A stretch of DNA of 64,000 nt from IMG/VR virus record IMGVR_UViG_3300036984_000039, positions 43,547 through 107,546 of that record; one strand, 5' to 3'. The notes under the pieces are model-generated. The model was not told the origin of the DNA and made no database searches. It saw only the letters and a program-made list of their open reading frames with translations. Made by a program: the position numbers and the translations under genes. This document shows positions 28,466 through 37,618 of the stretch, piece by piece (position 1 is the first letter of the stretch; every line of letters starts with the position of its first letter). Source of the stretch: a virus (lineage: Duplodnaviria > Caudoviricetes).

Positions 28466-29467
28466 TCATCGCGCGTACCATAGGCGGCTCAACGGCACGC
28501 CGCAAGACACCAAGACGGGCGGTAGATGGTCGCTCAACTTGGCGGGTATGAAGGGGCGCGTGTACCAGCGATACGACATGGACAGATGAGAAAGATCGGA
28601 TGTCGGAAGGGCCGTCGAGTTCTGCGAGCAGCGGTGCGCCGGCAAGGGCTTTTTTTCTGCGTGCATGTGGGTCGCCAAACGGCGACGGCGGGTCTGTGTG
28701 CGTGGGCGGGAAAGTTGATTGATAATCTGTCCAGGGCGTAGGTCGCGGGTTGGGAAGTAACTATTGGCAAGCTGCCAAACGATAAGGTAGACCTCCTGAC
28801 AAGTGCGACGATGTTCGATGAATTCAGCCAAGCGCGTAGACGAGAATAGTCGGCCACATTCGCAGTGCATCTCGTGCGGACGTTCCGGCATATCGTGCAG
28901 CGTCTCCGGCAAGGTGAAAGCCCAGTTCGACAGGTGTTTGACGCCGGCGCGGCGTTCCCAATTGCGCAGGGTAGTGGCGGTGACGCCGAACGCCGCGATG
29001 AGCCGACTGCGCGGGATGGGCGCAGCGCGCACTTCGCGATAACCGGCATGTGTGACGACTTCGGGCATGGGCAGCCAGCCGGCAAAGCACAAGGCGTTGA
29101 AATGGTGTAGGCTGGCGAGTTCGGGCAGCGGGATTAGGATGGGCGATACTTCGGCCTGGGCGTCGGTGGCGATCTGCGCCAGCACGTAATTGGGGTTACG
29201 CACATAGAGGCGGGCGTGCTTGGCGTCCACGTCCCACCAGATACCGTCGCCGCGCTGTAGCAGGTGTTTCGTCCAGCGCCGTGAGACACCGAATGCTTCA
29301 TGGGCGGCGTACAGCGCCTCTACCTGGGTCAACCAGCGGCGCGCGCCTTGCCGGTCGTGCAACAGGGCATACAGGCGATGCTCGGCGGCTTGCCCGGCGC
29401 GCACGGCATGGCGAAAGAGTTCTGGCTGTACGCGGATGGCGGGCGGGTTGGCGGGATCGTCGGGCAA
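28466..29467 (-). CDS. HTH/Zn-containing protein, possibly replication initiator
   Basis: FGVSRR and FGVTATTLRNWE HTH-like segments; TTG start after AGGAG. Confidence 0.45.
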   Translation of the reverse strand: MPDDPANPPAIRVQPELFRHAVRAGQAAEHRLYALLHDRQGARRWLTQVEALYAAHEAFGVSRRWTKHLLQRGDGIWWDVDAKHARLYVRNPNYVLAQIATDAQAEVSPILIPLPELASLHHFNALCFAGWLPMPEVVTHAGYREVRAAPIPRSRLIAAFGVTATTLRNWERRAGVKHLSNWAFTLPETLHDMPERPHEMHCECGRLFSSTRLAEFIEHRRTCQEVYLIVWQLANSYFPTRDLRPGQIINQLSRPRTQTRRRRLATHMHAEKKPLPAHRCSQNSTALPTSDLSHLSMSYRWYTRPFIPAKLSDHLPPVLVSCGVPLSRLWYAR

Positions 29468-29640
29468 AAGAAAAGCTCCTGCGCGCTGCGGTGGTGCCGA
29501 CTAGCCGACAGGAAGCTTTCGCACTTGCTGAGGGTGCTAGGCATTATCGGCCTCACCGCAACGGGTAGGAGCCTCGCTTCCTGTCTACTGCACTTGTGGC
29601 ATTCACCAGTTCAGCGGACTGGCAACCTTCACCTCAAGCG
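29468..29640 (-). ncRNA. Structured leader/antisense RNA, copy B
   Basis: Paralogue of 313-490 with covariation; promoter TTGACA-N16-TATAAT at 29647-29674. Confidence 0.7.
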
Positions 29641-30293
29641 TCTTTGATTATATCACAACCTGCCCGTTTGTCAAGAGGCAGTTTTGCGCATCACGCGGCG
29701 CGTTCCTGCTAGGCGTCGCGCAGCGCCTCGTTGAGCGTGAGATTTTGCATCACGCGTTCTCATCTCCATCGGCCCGGCTTGCCACGCACAGCGCGGCCAT
29801 GATAAGCGTACCGCCGATAGCGCCGATAACTGCTGCGGCCAGGACGGTCAACCACGTAGGATCAGGCATTCTCGTCTCCATCGGGGTCTTCGTCCAGGCG
29901 CACCGGCTCGCGCAGGATGGCGTAAGACGGAGAGATCATGTAAGCATTATCCGAGAAACGCTTGATTATCATTTGAGGCGTCCAATCGACAAAGCCGCGC
30001 GCGACGAGCAGGTTTTGCAGGGTGAACCACTGCTCGGCAGCCGCGCAGACGATCTCGACTTCCGGGCGGCAGCCATATGATACGCGGGTGCGGGAAAGGG
30101 CCAGCGATTGTTGTGCGTTCATTCTACACCATTCTGTCTGAGCAGCCAGGTCAAGCGCGCCACTTCGTCGGCCAGGGCGTCGCGCTCGGCAATCAAGCCC
30201 TCACGTTGCAGCCGCAGCGCCTCGAACATGCGTTGCGCATGTAGGGTTGCCGCGTGCGCGCTGACATCCGGCGCGGGTTGGGGTTCGGTGGGC

Positions 30294-30659
30294 TCATTCA
30301 TGGCCTTGCACCTTCCATGCGTTTCGTATCGCCTCAGCCACCCACAGCGGCACGTAGGCGGGGGCTTTGTCCGCGTCGGCAGATACGGCCAGGATCAGGC
30401 CGCGGTCGGCGGCAATTTGCAGGGCGTACTTGGTCACGCTATAGGCCGGTTTGCCCATCGCGGTGCTCAAGGCGCGCAGCGTCGGCGGGCGACAGTGTTC
30501 GGCCCAATATGCGTCGAGCGCCTCAAGCGTCTCTTGAAGGCGCACCTCGGAGACGACGTGCCCGGTCATGGCGTGACTCGCACCACAAGGGGCAGCCACC
30601 AGCCGCCCAAGCGCACGCGCCGCCAGGCAATACCGTTGACGCGCTCCTGGAACCACCAA
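30294..30659 (-). CDS. LexA-N-like winged-helix protein (start uncertain)
   Basis: YWAEHCRPPTLRALSTAMG...LADRGLI. Confidence 0.5.
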   Translation of the reverse strand: MVVPGARQRYCLAARALGRLVAAPCGASHAMTGHVVSEVRLQETLEALDAYWAEHCRPPTLRALSTAMGKPAYSVTKYALQIAADRGLILAVSADADKAPAYVPLWVAEAIRNAWKVQGHE

Positions 30660-30775
30660 CCAAAGCTAAGTCGCATATGATCCTCCCGGCTAGACTGTGG
30701 CGGGCCAGCACTGCAACTAAGCATTCAGCCGACCCGCCATGCCGATCTACCGTAGGCTACGAACCTACTGCGCTT

Positions 30776-30926
30776 AGTATATCAGAACTCCTGTACTTTT
30801 GTCAAGTATCTGGCGGACGAGTTTTGGCAACTGCTTGACATCTGGTGAAATACGTGCTATTGTTGACGTAATCCTAGCAGCCAGAGCCGAGTCAGAGCCA
30901 GAGCTTCATTAGCCCTGGCTTTTTTC
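30776..30926. promoter_or_regulatory. Divergent promoter centre; rightward promoter followed by CAGAGC repeats and an attenuator-like hairpin
   Basis: Minus TTGACA-N18-TATACT; plus TTGACA-N17-TATTGT; agccag...ctggct followed by T-tract. Confidence 0.6.
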
Positions 30927-30944
30927 GTTTTGCGAGGATTTGCA

Positions 30945-32375
30945 ATGCCATACTCGAAGGAATCCAAGAATTTACCCAAGGCTGTCAAGGCGCTCTCTGA
31001 AGCCGAACAGGGCGTGTGGATCGCGGCTTTCAACGCGTGTTGGGAACGCTACAAAGACCTCCCCGACGCGGAGCGTGAGCAGAAGTGCTTTTCCATTGCT
31101 TTCGCCGCCGTGAAGAAAGCTGGGGACGGGGCCAAGTTGGCCGAAGAATTGATGCGGGAGGATGAAGACGATGGCGTGCAAGACCAAGAAGGGGAAGGCG
31201 GGGAAGAAGACCCGCTGATTCTGGACTTTGCCGCGCAAGACGCCGGGCACGTGGTCACGCTCGCGGCTCTGAGCGAGGACGTGGTAAGCGCCACCGAAGT
31301 CGAGCGCGTCTCCAACGTCGAGGTTGCCCGCGTCGGCGAGTACGTCGATGCTAATGGCAAAAATATCAGCATCACCGTGGAACGCCTTGACGACATGGTG
31401 CGTAACTTCGAGGCCCAGGCCGCGGGACAGGATGTCCCCATTGATGTACAACACGAAAAGCGCGAGGCGGGTGGCTGGCTGAAACGTCTCTGGCGTGATG
31501 GTAAACTACTTATGGCGGAGGTCTCCTGGAACCGCCTCGGCTCGCAACTGGTGGGGGATCGGGTCTACCGTTACCTCTCCGCCAGCATCGCGATGCCCGA
31601 TTGGGTGCTCAGGAGTATCAGCCTGGTCAACTTCCCGGCCATCAAGGGACTGGCTCCTGTCCAGCTTTCCGAGTGGTTGCTATCGCAACCTTATCCCACA
31701 TTATCCCAAGTTATCCCACAAAATGTGTCCAAGCGCGCTGGCCCGCGCGTTTCACAGCACGTCGCGCCGATAGGCAGCGCCCGGCAGCGCCCGCCCTCAG
31801 CCCGCACGTCGCAACATACCGGAGGTAAGAACATGCCAAACGATACCGTGTTGCAAGAGGAAATCGTGCAGCCGGAAGTGCCCGTCGCGGTCGAGGCCGA
31901 GCTTGCTGAATTCAAGCTGGCGCTGGCGAAGGCCAAGACGGATGCTGTCACCCAACTTTCCGAGCAGATCGTCGCGGAGTTGGCGGCCAAGCGCACGGAG
32001 ATGCTGACCGAGTTGCGGCAGGAAATGGAGGACGAGCGCCAGTTGTCCGAGTTCGTCGCCAGCACCAGCCGCGGGGCGCACGCCCTGCCCATCCGCGAGG
32101 ATGATCTGCGCGCCGTGCTGAGCGAGTTGCCGCGCACGCAGCGCGTCAAGGTGATCGACCTGTTCGCCAAGATCACGCAGGCGGGCACCGTCGATATGCG
32201 CGAACTGGGCACTAGCGCCGCGAAAACGGACAAGCGCCTGCTCGACCCCGCAGTCGGGGCGATCCTCAAGGCGCACCTACAGCACGGCGACCTGCAAACC
32301 TTCTTCGCCGCGAATGAGGAACTTGGTAAGCCGGAAGACTACGACTTGACCGAGTACGGAGGCAAGCATGGCTGA
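30945..32375 (+). CDS. ChaB-domain / Mu gpI-like prohead protease / scaffold
   Basis: MPY...LP..V...WIAAFN (ChaB); VPIDVQHE, AGGW, YRYLSA, SLVNFPAIKGL; internal GGAGG-ATG at 31833 for scaffold. Confidence 0.88.
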   Translation: MPYSKESKNLPKAVKALSEAEQGVWIAAFNACWERYKDLPDAEREQKCFSIAFAAVKKAGDGAKLAEELMREDEDDGVQDQEGEGGEEDPLILDFAAQDAGHVVTLAALSEDVVSATEVERVSNVEVARVGEYVDANGKNISITVERLDDMVRNFEAQAAGQDVPIDVQHEKREAGGWLKRLWRDGKLLMAEVSWNRLGSQLVGDRVYRYLSASIAMPDWVLRSISLVNFPAIKGLAPVQLSEWLLSQPYPTLSQVIPQNVSKRAGPRVSQHVAPIGSARQRPPSARTSQHTGGKNMPNDTVLQEEIVQPEVPVAVEAELAEFKLALAKAKTDAVTQLSEQIVAELAAKRTEMLTELRQEMEDERQLSEFVASTSRGAHALPIREDDLRAVLSELPRTQRVKVIDLFAKITQAGTVDMRELGTSAAKTDKRLLDPAVGAILKAHLQHGDLQTFFAANEELGKPEDYDLTEYGGKHG

Positions 32376-32823
32376 TCTCTCAGCAGATGGCACCATCCGC
32401 TTTGGCGGAGAATACTTCACCCGGAAGTGGTATCTGGACACCTCGGCAGCGCAGACGGTCTACAAGCGCCAGCCGATGATCCTGGACAACAACGTAGACT
32501 CGCTGAATCCGGTGGGCTACAAAGACGCGGTTGTGCTCACCACGAGCGACCACTTCCTCGGCATCCTGCTCAGTGCGCAGACTTCGGTGGTTCTCGCCGC
32601 CGCCGAAACGACCGAGATCGAAGTGCTTTGGAAGGGCATTGTCGGTTTTCCGACGACGACCCTCACGAACGCCAGTGTGGGCGCACCAATCAGTATGGCC
32701 GACTCTGGCGTGGTCGGTCTCGATGCGGAGGCCGCGGGCTTCCTGCTGATCGGCAAATTGCAGTACGTCGAAAACGGCTACGCGTTTGTGGACATCGACG
32801 CGCCGCACGTTTGCGTAGCATAA
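32368..32823 (+). CDS. Head decoration/cement protein
   Basis: Position between protease and capsid; beta-rich, 151 aa. Confidence 0.65.
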   Translation: MADLSADGTIRFGGEYFTRKWYLDTSAAQTVYKRQPMILDNNVDSLNPVGYKDAVVLTTSDHFLGILLSAQTSVVLAAAETTEIEVLWKGIVGFPTTTLTNASVGAPISMADSGVVGLDAEAAGFLLIGKLQYVENGYAFVDIDAPHVCVA

Positions 32824-32835
32824 GCGAGGTGTGAC

Positions 32836-33747
32836 ATGCCAGTTTCTACCGCTGTACCGTATCATCTTGTCGTGGGGGCCAGGGCGGGCTTCATGCAAGC
32901 CTATAACGAGGCTGCCCCACGCGCGGCATGGGCACGCATCGCGCAGCAGATCAATCTGACCGCCAAGAGCGTTGATTTTGTCAATCTCGGCGCGGCTCCC
33001 ATGCCTACCGAATCCCTGGGCGGCCAAACCGTCCAGACCTTCATCGAGAAGCACATTCAGGTCAGTCCCAAGAACTGGGACATCACGGTCGGCGTCAGCC
33101 GTAACGCTATCGCTGATGACCAAACCGCGGCCCTGGATCAGACCGTGCGTTCCGCGGGCGACCGCTTCAACGAACACTTCGACAAGCTCTGCTACTCGGC
33201 TCTCAACGCCGGTGATGCTGCGACCTACGGGTTGTGCTATGATGGGCTGAACTACTTCAGCAATAGCCACCTCGACAAAGGCGCGGACTACACCAGCGTG
33301 CAGGATAACCTGAACGCCTTGAGCCTGACACTGACCAACTTCAACACGGTTTGGACCGCGGCGATGAACTACAAGGACGACCGGGGCGAGGTGGCACGCT
33401 TCAACTACGATCTGCTGATTGTCCCTCCCGCGCTGGTTCTGAACGCGGCGCAGATCACCGACAACGCCGAAGACGCCACGACTGGTAACCGGGCCATGAA
33501 TCCGTTCAACGGCAAGGTGTCCTATCTGGTCTCTCAGGATTTCGATGCAACGGCCTGGGCGTTGGTCGCTTCAAGCCAACGCATCAAGCCGATCCAACTC
33601 ATCATGCGCGAAGCGCCACACCTTCCTGAAGGGAATGCCTGGTACGACCCGCAAGGGCCGGACGGCGGTATGTTCTACTTCAAATTTGTCGCGCGGTATA
33701 ACATCGCGTACGGCGAATGGCGATTGAGCGCCCTTGGGAATACATAG
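32836..33747 (+). CDS. Major capsid protein (Mu gpT-like)
   Basis: LGAAPMP.E, TVGVSRNAIADD, CYDGLNYFSNSH, LLIVPPAL. Confidence 0.9.
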   Translation: MPVSTAVPYHLVVGARAGFMQAYNEAAPRAAWARIAQQINLTAKSVDFVNLGAAPMPTESLGGQTVQTFIEKHIQVSPKNWDITVGVSRNAIADDQTAALDQTVRSAGDRFNEHFDKLCYSALNAGDAATYGLCYDGLNYFSNSHLDKGADYTSVQDNLNALSLTLTNFNTVWTAAMNYKDDRGEVARFNYDLLIVPPALVLNAAQITDNAEDATTGNRAMNPFNGKVSYLVSQDFDATAWALVASSQRIKPIQLIMREAPHLPEGNAWYDPQGPDGGMFYFKFVARYNIAYGEWRLSALGNT

Positions 33748-33936
33748 AATTATGCAATTTCGCCATAAGACTGCACGAGATAATTCTCCTCGGTTTTGTG
33801 GCAGGAATTGCATGACAACCTGCTTACGCCTGCGGGCGCATCATGCCGGTGGCGTTTCCTCCCAACGTACCGGCTCTCCTTCTTCAAGCCGACCTGTCGT
33901 TTGGCTAACGCGGCGGGTCGGCCAGGAGCTTGATCT

Positions 33937-35226
33937 ATGACCACATTTTCGGACTTGAAAGACGATACGATTGACGTACTCACGGTCGATCCAGCCGTGG
34001 GCAATAAATGGTACGTCGATTCTGGTAGTGGCACGGGTGGCGACGGCGGTGGCTACGGCACGACGCCCGCGACGCCCTTCGTGACGCTGGACTACGCGGT
34101 CGGCGCGGCCACGGCGAGCAACGGCGATATCATCTATCTGATGCCGGGTCACGCCGAAACCAAAGCTGCCGCGAGCAACCTGTGGGCGATTGACAAAGCG
34201 GGTCTGACCATCGTCGGCCTGGGTAGAGGTGCGGAACGACCGACCTTTACCATGTCCGATGTTGGCGCGGTTTGCACGATCACGGCGGCCAGCACGTGGC
34301 TCGAAAACGTGCTGTTCGTCTCAGCCATCGACAGCGTGGTCGCGCCGTTGACGGTCAGCGCGGCGGACTGCACGATCAAAGACGTGGAGTTTCGCGACAC
34401 GACCGATGTTGAATTCGTGCGCGGCCTGATCACCACGGCTACGGCGGATCGCATCACCATCGACGGCCTGTACTACAACGGCTATACGGGCGGCAACGCC
34501 TGCACGACTGGCCTAGCCCTGGTGGGCGTCAATGGCGGCGTCGTCAAGAATTGCCGTTTCTCCGGCCTGTTCTCGACGGCTTGCATCGACATGCTGACCA
34601 CGCTCTCGAACAACATCGTCATCGAGAACTGCTACTTCTACAACGCCACGGCAGCGGTGACGCAGGACGTGGCGATGAACATCGCGGCCTGTGTGTATCA
34701 GGTCAAGAACTGCTATGACGGCGTAGCAGGCTACGAAATCGCCGGCTCGCAGACGAACGGCGTGCAGTGGGCGGGCAACAAGCCGCTCATGTCCAGCAAG
34801 CTGAGTGGCACAATCACCGTCGCTTCGCAGGCCATGTTCAACTACATCGGCATGATCCGCGTGCACGGTCTGTACGGCTATGTCGCAACGGCAATGCAGA
34901 ACGCGACCGTCAACATCTCATTCGCCGCTCAAGGCAGCGCGGATGCGGCGGCTCTGGCCGTCAGCGCCGCGACTGACTTCGACAACGATGTGGTCAACAC
35001 GGCCTGGGCCTGCACGGGCGACTTCAATCAGGTGCTACTCGAAACGGCTGACGTGAGCACCATCGAACTGGCGCAGACTGCCGTTTCCGTCGCACCCTGG
35101 CTGATGTACTCACCGGCTATCACCGGCGTCGTCAACCTGGTCGGCGGACACGTCAACAGCGGCAAGCTGCAAGCCTATCTGCTGTGGGAACCCGCTTCGC
35201 CGGGGGCCTACGTCAAGGCCGCGTAG
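33937..35226 (+). CDS. Parallel beta-helix virion fibre/spike
   Basis: PFVTLDYA...GDIIYLMPGH, repeated IENC.F. Confidence 0.7.
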   Translation: MTTFSDLKDDTIDVLTVDPAVGNKWYVDSGSGTGGDGGGYGTTPATPFVTLDYAVGAATASNGDIIYLMPGHAETKAAASNLWAIDKAGLTIVGLGRGAERPTFTMSDVGAVCTITAASTWLENVLFVSAIDSVVAPLTVSAADCTIKDVEFRDTTDVEFVRGLITTATADRITIDGLYYNGYTGGNACTTGLALVGVNGGVVKNCRFSGLFSTACIDMLTTLSNNIVIENCYFYNATAAVTQDVAMNIAACVYQVKNCYDGVAGYEIAGSQTNGVQWAGNKPLMSSKLSGTITVASQAMFNYIGMIRVHGLYGYVATAMQNATVNISFAAQGSADAAALAVSAATDFDNDVVNTAWACTGDFNQVLLETADVSTIELAQTAVSVAPWLMYSPAITGVVNLVGGHVNSGKLQAYLLWEPASPGAYVKAA

Positions 35227-35285
35227 TTGGTGCGGGAGCCGGGTTAGTGTCCTCTCCACTGGCCCGGCTCGCGAGGAGCAAACAC

Positions 35286-35534
35286 ATGAGACAAGTCTTC
35301 TCTGTAGCGCCGGGCGTCATCTGGATTTGCGTCATTCTCGCGCTTACACTTGGCGCGGAATGGCTCGCGACATACTTCGGTGGCGTGGCCTGGGTGGCGC
35401 CGCTTGTGGGACTCTTGACAGCGGTCATCGTGCCAATCCTCAAGGTCTTGGCACAGGGCGACATGACGCCAACCGCGCGGGCGCTGGACGAAGCGAAAGC
35501 GCCGCCGAGCAAGTTCAAGCGATGGCTGCTGTAA
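35286..35534 (+). CDS. Small 2-TM protein (holin-like)
   Basis: Two hydrophobic helices, basic C-terminus. Confidence 0.55.
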   Translation: MRQVFSVAPGVIWICVILALTLGAEWLATYFGGVAWVAPLVGLLTAVIVPILKVLAQGDMTPTARALDEAKAPPSKFKRWLL

Positions 35535-35557
35535 TATCATATTGACCGGAGGCACGT

Positions 35558-35848
35558 ATGCCACGACCGCGTAAGGCGCAGCCTGAGACAGCCGAGACCG
35601 GCGCTCAGGCTGTTGTTTTTCAAGAGGACATTCCCGCAGATACCCTGGTCGCGCCGTTAGCGCCAACCGAAGCACCCGAACCAGTCGCCGCCTTCTACAG
35701 CGTCGGCGTGCGCAACCGCTGCCCGTGGGCCACCGTGCGCAGCGCCAGCACAGATTGGGGGCGCACACCGACCATCATCCGGGCCGACGATGCGCGCCTG
35801 AACGAACTGCAACGCTGCGAATGGCTGCTGGTCGCGCCTGTACCGTGA
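35558..35848 (+). CDS. Small Mu-type head-region protein
   Basis: RBS GGAGG; position in late operon. Confidence 0.5.
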   Translation: MPRPRKAQPETAETGAQAVVFQEDIPADTLVAPLAPTEAPEPVAAFYSVGVRNRCPWATVRSASTDWGRTPTIIRADDARLNELQRCEWLLVAPVP

Positions 35849-35856
35849 GGTTTGAT

Positions 35857-36309
35857 ATGGGACTACTCGACACAATCCTGGGCAAGTCCTGGGTGGCGCA
35901 CTTCTTCAATCCCAACCACGTGCGTGCGGGAAGTCCGACAGGTGGACAGTTTACGTCAGGTAAGGGCGGGGCGTCCGAAGTAGGTAAGCAGACGGGGCGC
36001 AATAAAACTGGCCGAGAGCAAGACCCACAAAAAACCGCTAATATGTTGCGCAAGGCCGGTTGGCGCGTAGAGCACTATCAGGACAAATGGACGGCGGAGG
36101 CAGGTGTACAAATGGGCCGTCCCGGCAAGCGCGCGACGCTTACCTATGATCGCACGAAGGACGAGTATGTCGGCAATGCCATTCATCGCGCCGACAATCA
36201 GGATAAGGGCGTGTGGCATAATCGCGGCAGCGATGGTGACGCGATGGCGCGCAAGCTGCACAAGTGGCTAACCGACAAGACGGCCACTGACACACTCGCG
36301 GAGGATTGA
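35857..36309 (+). CDS. Motif-tagged putative head cargo protein
   Basis: LLDTILGKSW...FNPNHVRAGSPTGGQF. Confidence 0.6.
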   Translation: MGLLDTILGKSWVAHFFNPNHVRAGSPTGGQFTSGKGGASEVGKQTGRNKTGREQDPQKTANMLRKAGWRVEHYQDKWTAEAGVQMGRPGKRATLTYDRTKDEYVGNAIHRADNQDKGVWHNRGSDGDAMARKLHKWLTDKTATDTLAED

Positions 36310-36332
36310 CTTATGGCAACAGGGTCTGGGTC

Positions 36333-36445
36333 AAAAGCAACGAGACGGGATTGCTCCCGCCTCGTTATCCGTACCTGGCCGTGCCGGGCCGTGCCAACGC
36401 CTAACCGCGCCTTGCCCAACCCTGTCCCGCCGTGCCGCGCCATGT
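36333..36445 (-). ncRNA. GGY-NN pentamer small RNA (putative gapped-code guide RNA)
   Basis: 14 units at 36371-36441; promoter TTCACG-N17-TATACT (36452-36480); terminator AACGAGGCGGGA-GCAA-TCCCGTCTCGTT-GCTTTT. Confidence 0.8.
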
Positions 36446-36493
36446 AAGGCAAGTATAACACAAAAGATGCAATTCGTGAAACGGAGGTAGTCC

Positions 36494-36796
36494 GTGGCAA
36501 CAGGTTCTTGGAACGCTTATAGTTCAGCAGTTCACACCGCGCCGACCGTCGCGGTTGGCACGACCGCGGCGCTCGCGGCCAACGCCAGCCGCACCTATGC
36601 GCTGTTCATCAACGACGCGGATGAAGTGATCTATCTCGGCCTGGGCGTGGCCGCGGTCGCGAACAAGGGCGTCCGGCTGAACGCCAACGGCGGATCATAC
36701 GAAATGTCGGCGGCGCTCGGCAATCTGTACGCCGGCGCGGTCAACGCCATCTGCGCGAGCGGAGGCAAGCTCTTACTCGTCACCGAGGCGACGTAG
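36494..36796 (+). CDS. Small virion structural protein (homologue targeted by the adjacent RNA)
   Basis: GGAGG RBS; ALAANASRTYALFIND...IYLGLG...GVRLNANGG. Confidence 0.75.
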   Translation: MATGSWNAYSSAVHTAPTVAVGTTAALAANASRTYALFINDADEVIYLGLGVAAVANKGVRLNANGGSYEMSAALGNLYAGAVNAICASGGKLLLVTEAT

Positions 36797-36872
36797 CAGG
36801 GCGCTACAGGCCCGCCACGCCGCGCTACGGGCTAACGGGTAGCTTTACTCAAGGGAGATCGGAGGTCGGCCT

Positions 36873-37409
36873 ATGCCACTTCATAACCCGCTTGCCTCAA
36901 CCGTCGCAGGCACGAAGAATGACTTTGTAGACGCACCGAACGCGACCGCGGTCACGGCGATCAATCTGGCTGTGGCGCGCCAGGTCGCACGCTGCACCGC
37001 GGCCAAGACGCAGGCCGCAGTCGCCTCGGCCAACCTGTTCACTATCGCGGGCGGCCCGGTGCGGCTCCTGGCACTGATCGGGCAGATCACCAGCGGTATC
37101 GAAAACACACCCAACGCCTGCAAGATCACGCACACACCCACGGGCGGCGCGGCGGTCGATCTCTGCGGCACGTTTGACGTGGACACGGCGGCAGAACGCA
37201 AGGTGCTGGCACTTGACGGCGTGAAGGTGACGGCCCTGGTACTCAGCGCGGATACCGGCGTGGTCATCGCATCGGCGCTGCACATGCCCATCATCCTGAC
37301 GGCTGGCACATTGGCGCTCGCGGCTGTGGCATCGTCTACGGGCGCAATTTCCTGGTACGTGGAATACGAACCACTTGCACCGGGGGCCACAATCACGGCG
37401 GCTCCTTAA
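36873..37409 (+). CDS. Virion protein similar to the C-terminus of 33937-35226
   Basis: LFTIAGGPVRLLALIG...YEPLAPGATITAA vs MFNYIGMIRVHGLYG...WEPASPGAYVKAA. Confidence 0.6.
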   Translation: MPLHNPLASTVAGTKNDFVDAPNATAVTAINLAVARQVARCTAAKTQAAVASANLFTIAGGPVRLLALIGQITSGIENTPNACKITHTPTGGAAVDLCGTFDVDTAAERKVLALDGVKVTALVLSADTGVVIASALHMPIILTAGTLALAAVASSTGAISWYVEYEPLAPGATITAAP

Positions 37410-37618
37410 ACACAAAGGCACCAGCGCCGCGATTACGCTGATGCCTCGACCGGATGACAGCAGTCAACCAGCGGTGAGCACGCCGATTGGCTCGTCATAA
37501 ATACAAACGCAGCAGATGGCGTAATGATACGCGCAATACTTGCCGACTGCGTAGGAGGTTCCCGGTCACGCTCACGCTCATGGTATAATGTCGCATCGCA
37601 GCTAACGAGGTGAGCACT

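Noticed and set aside
36198-36500. Minus-strand ORF containing MARHGGTGLGKARLG
   Set aside because: Translation artefact of the pentamer array; it runs through a terminator and into an antisense gene
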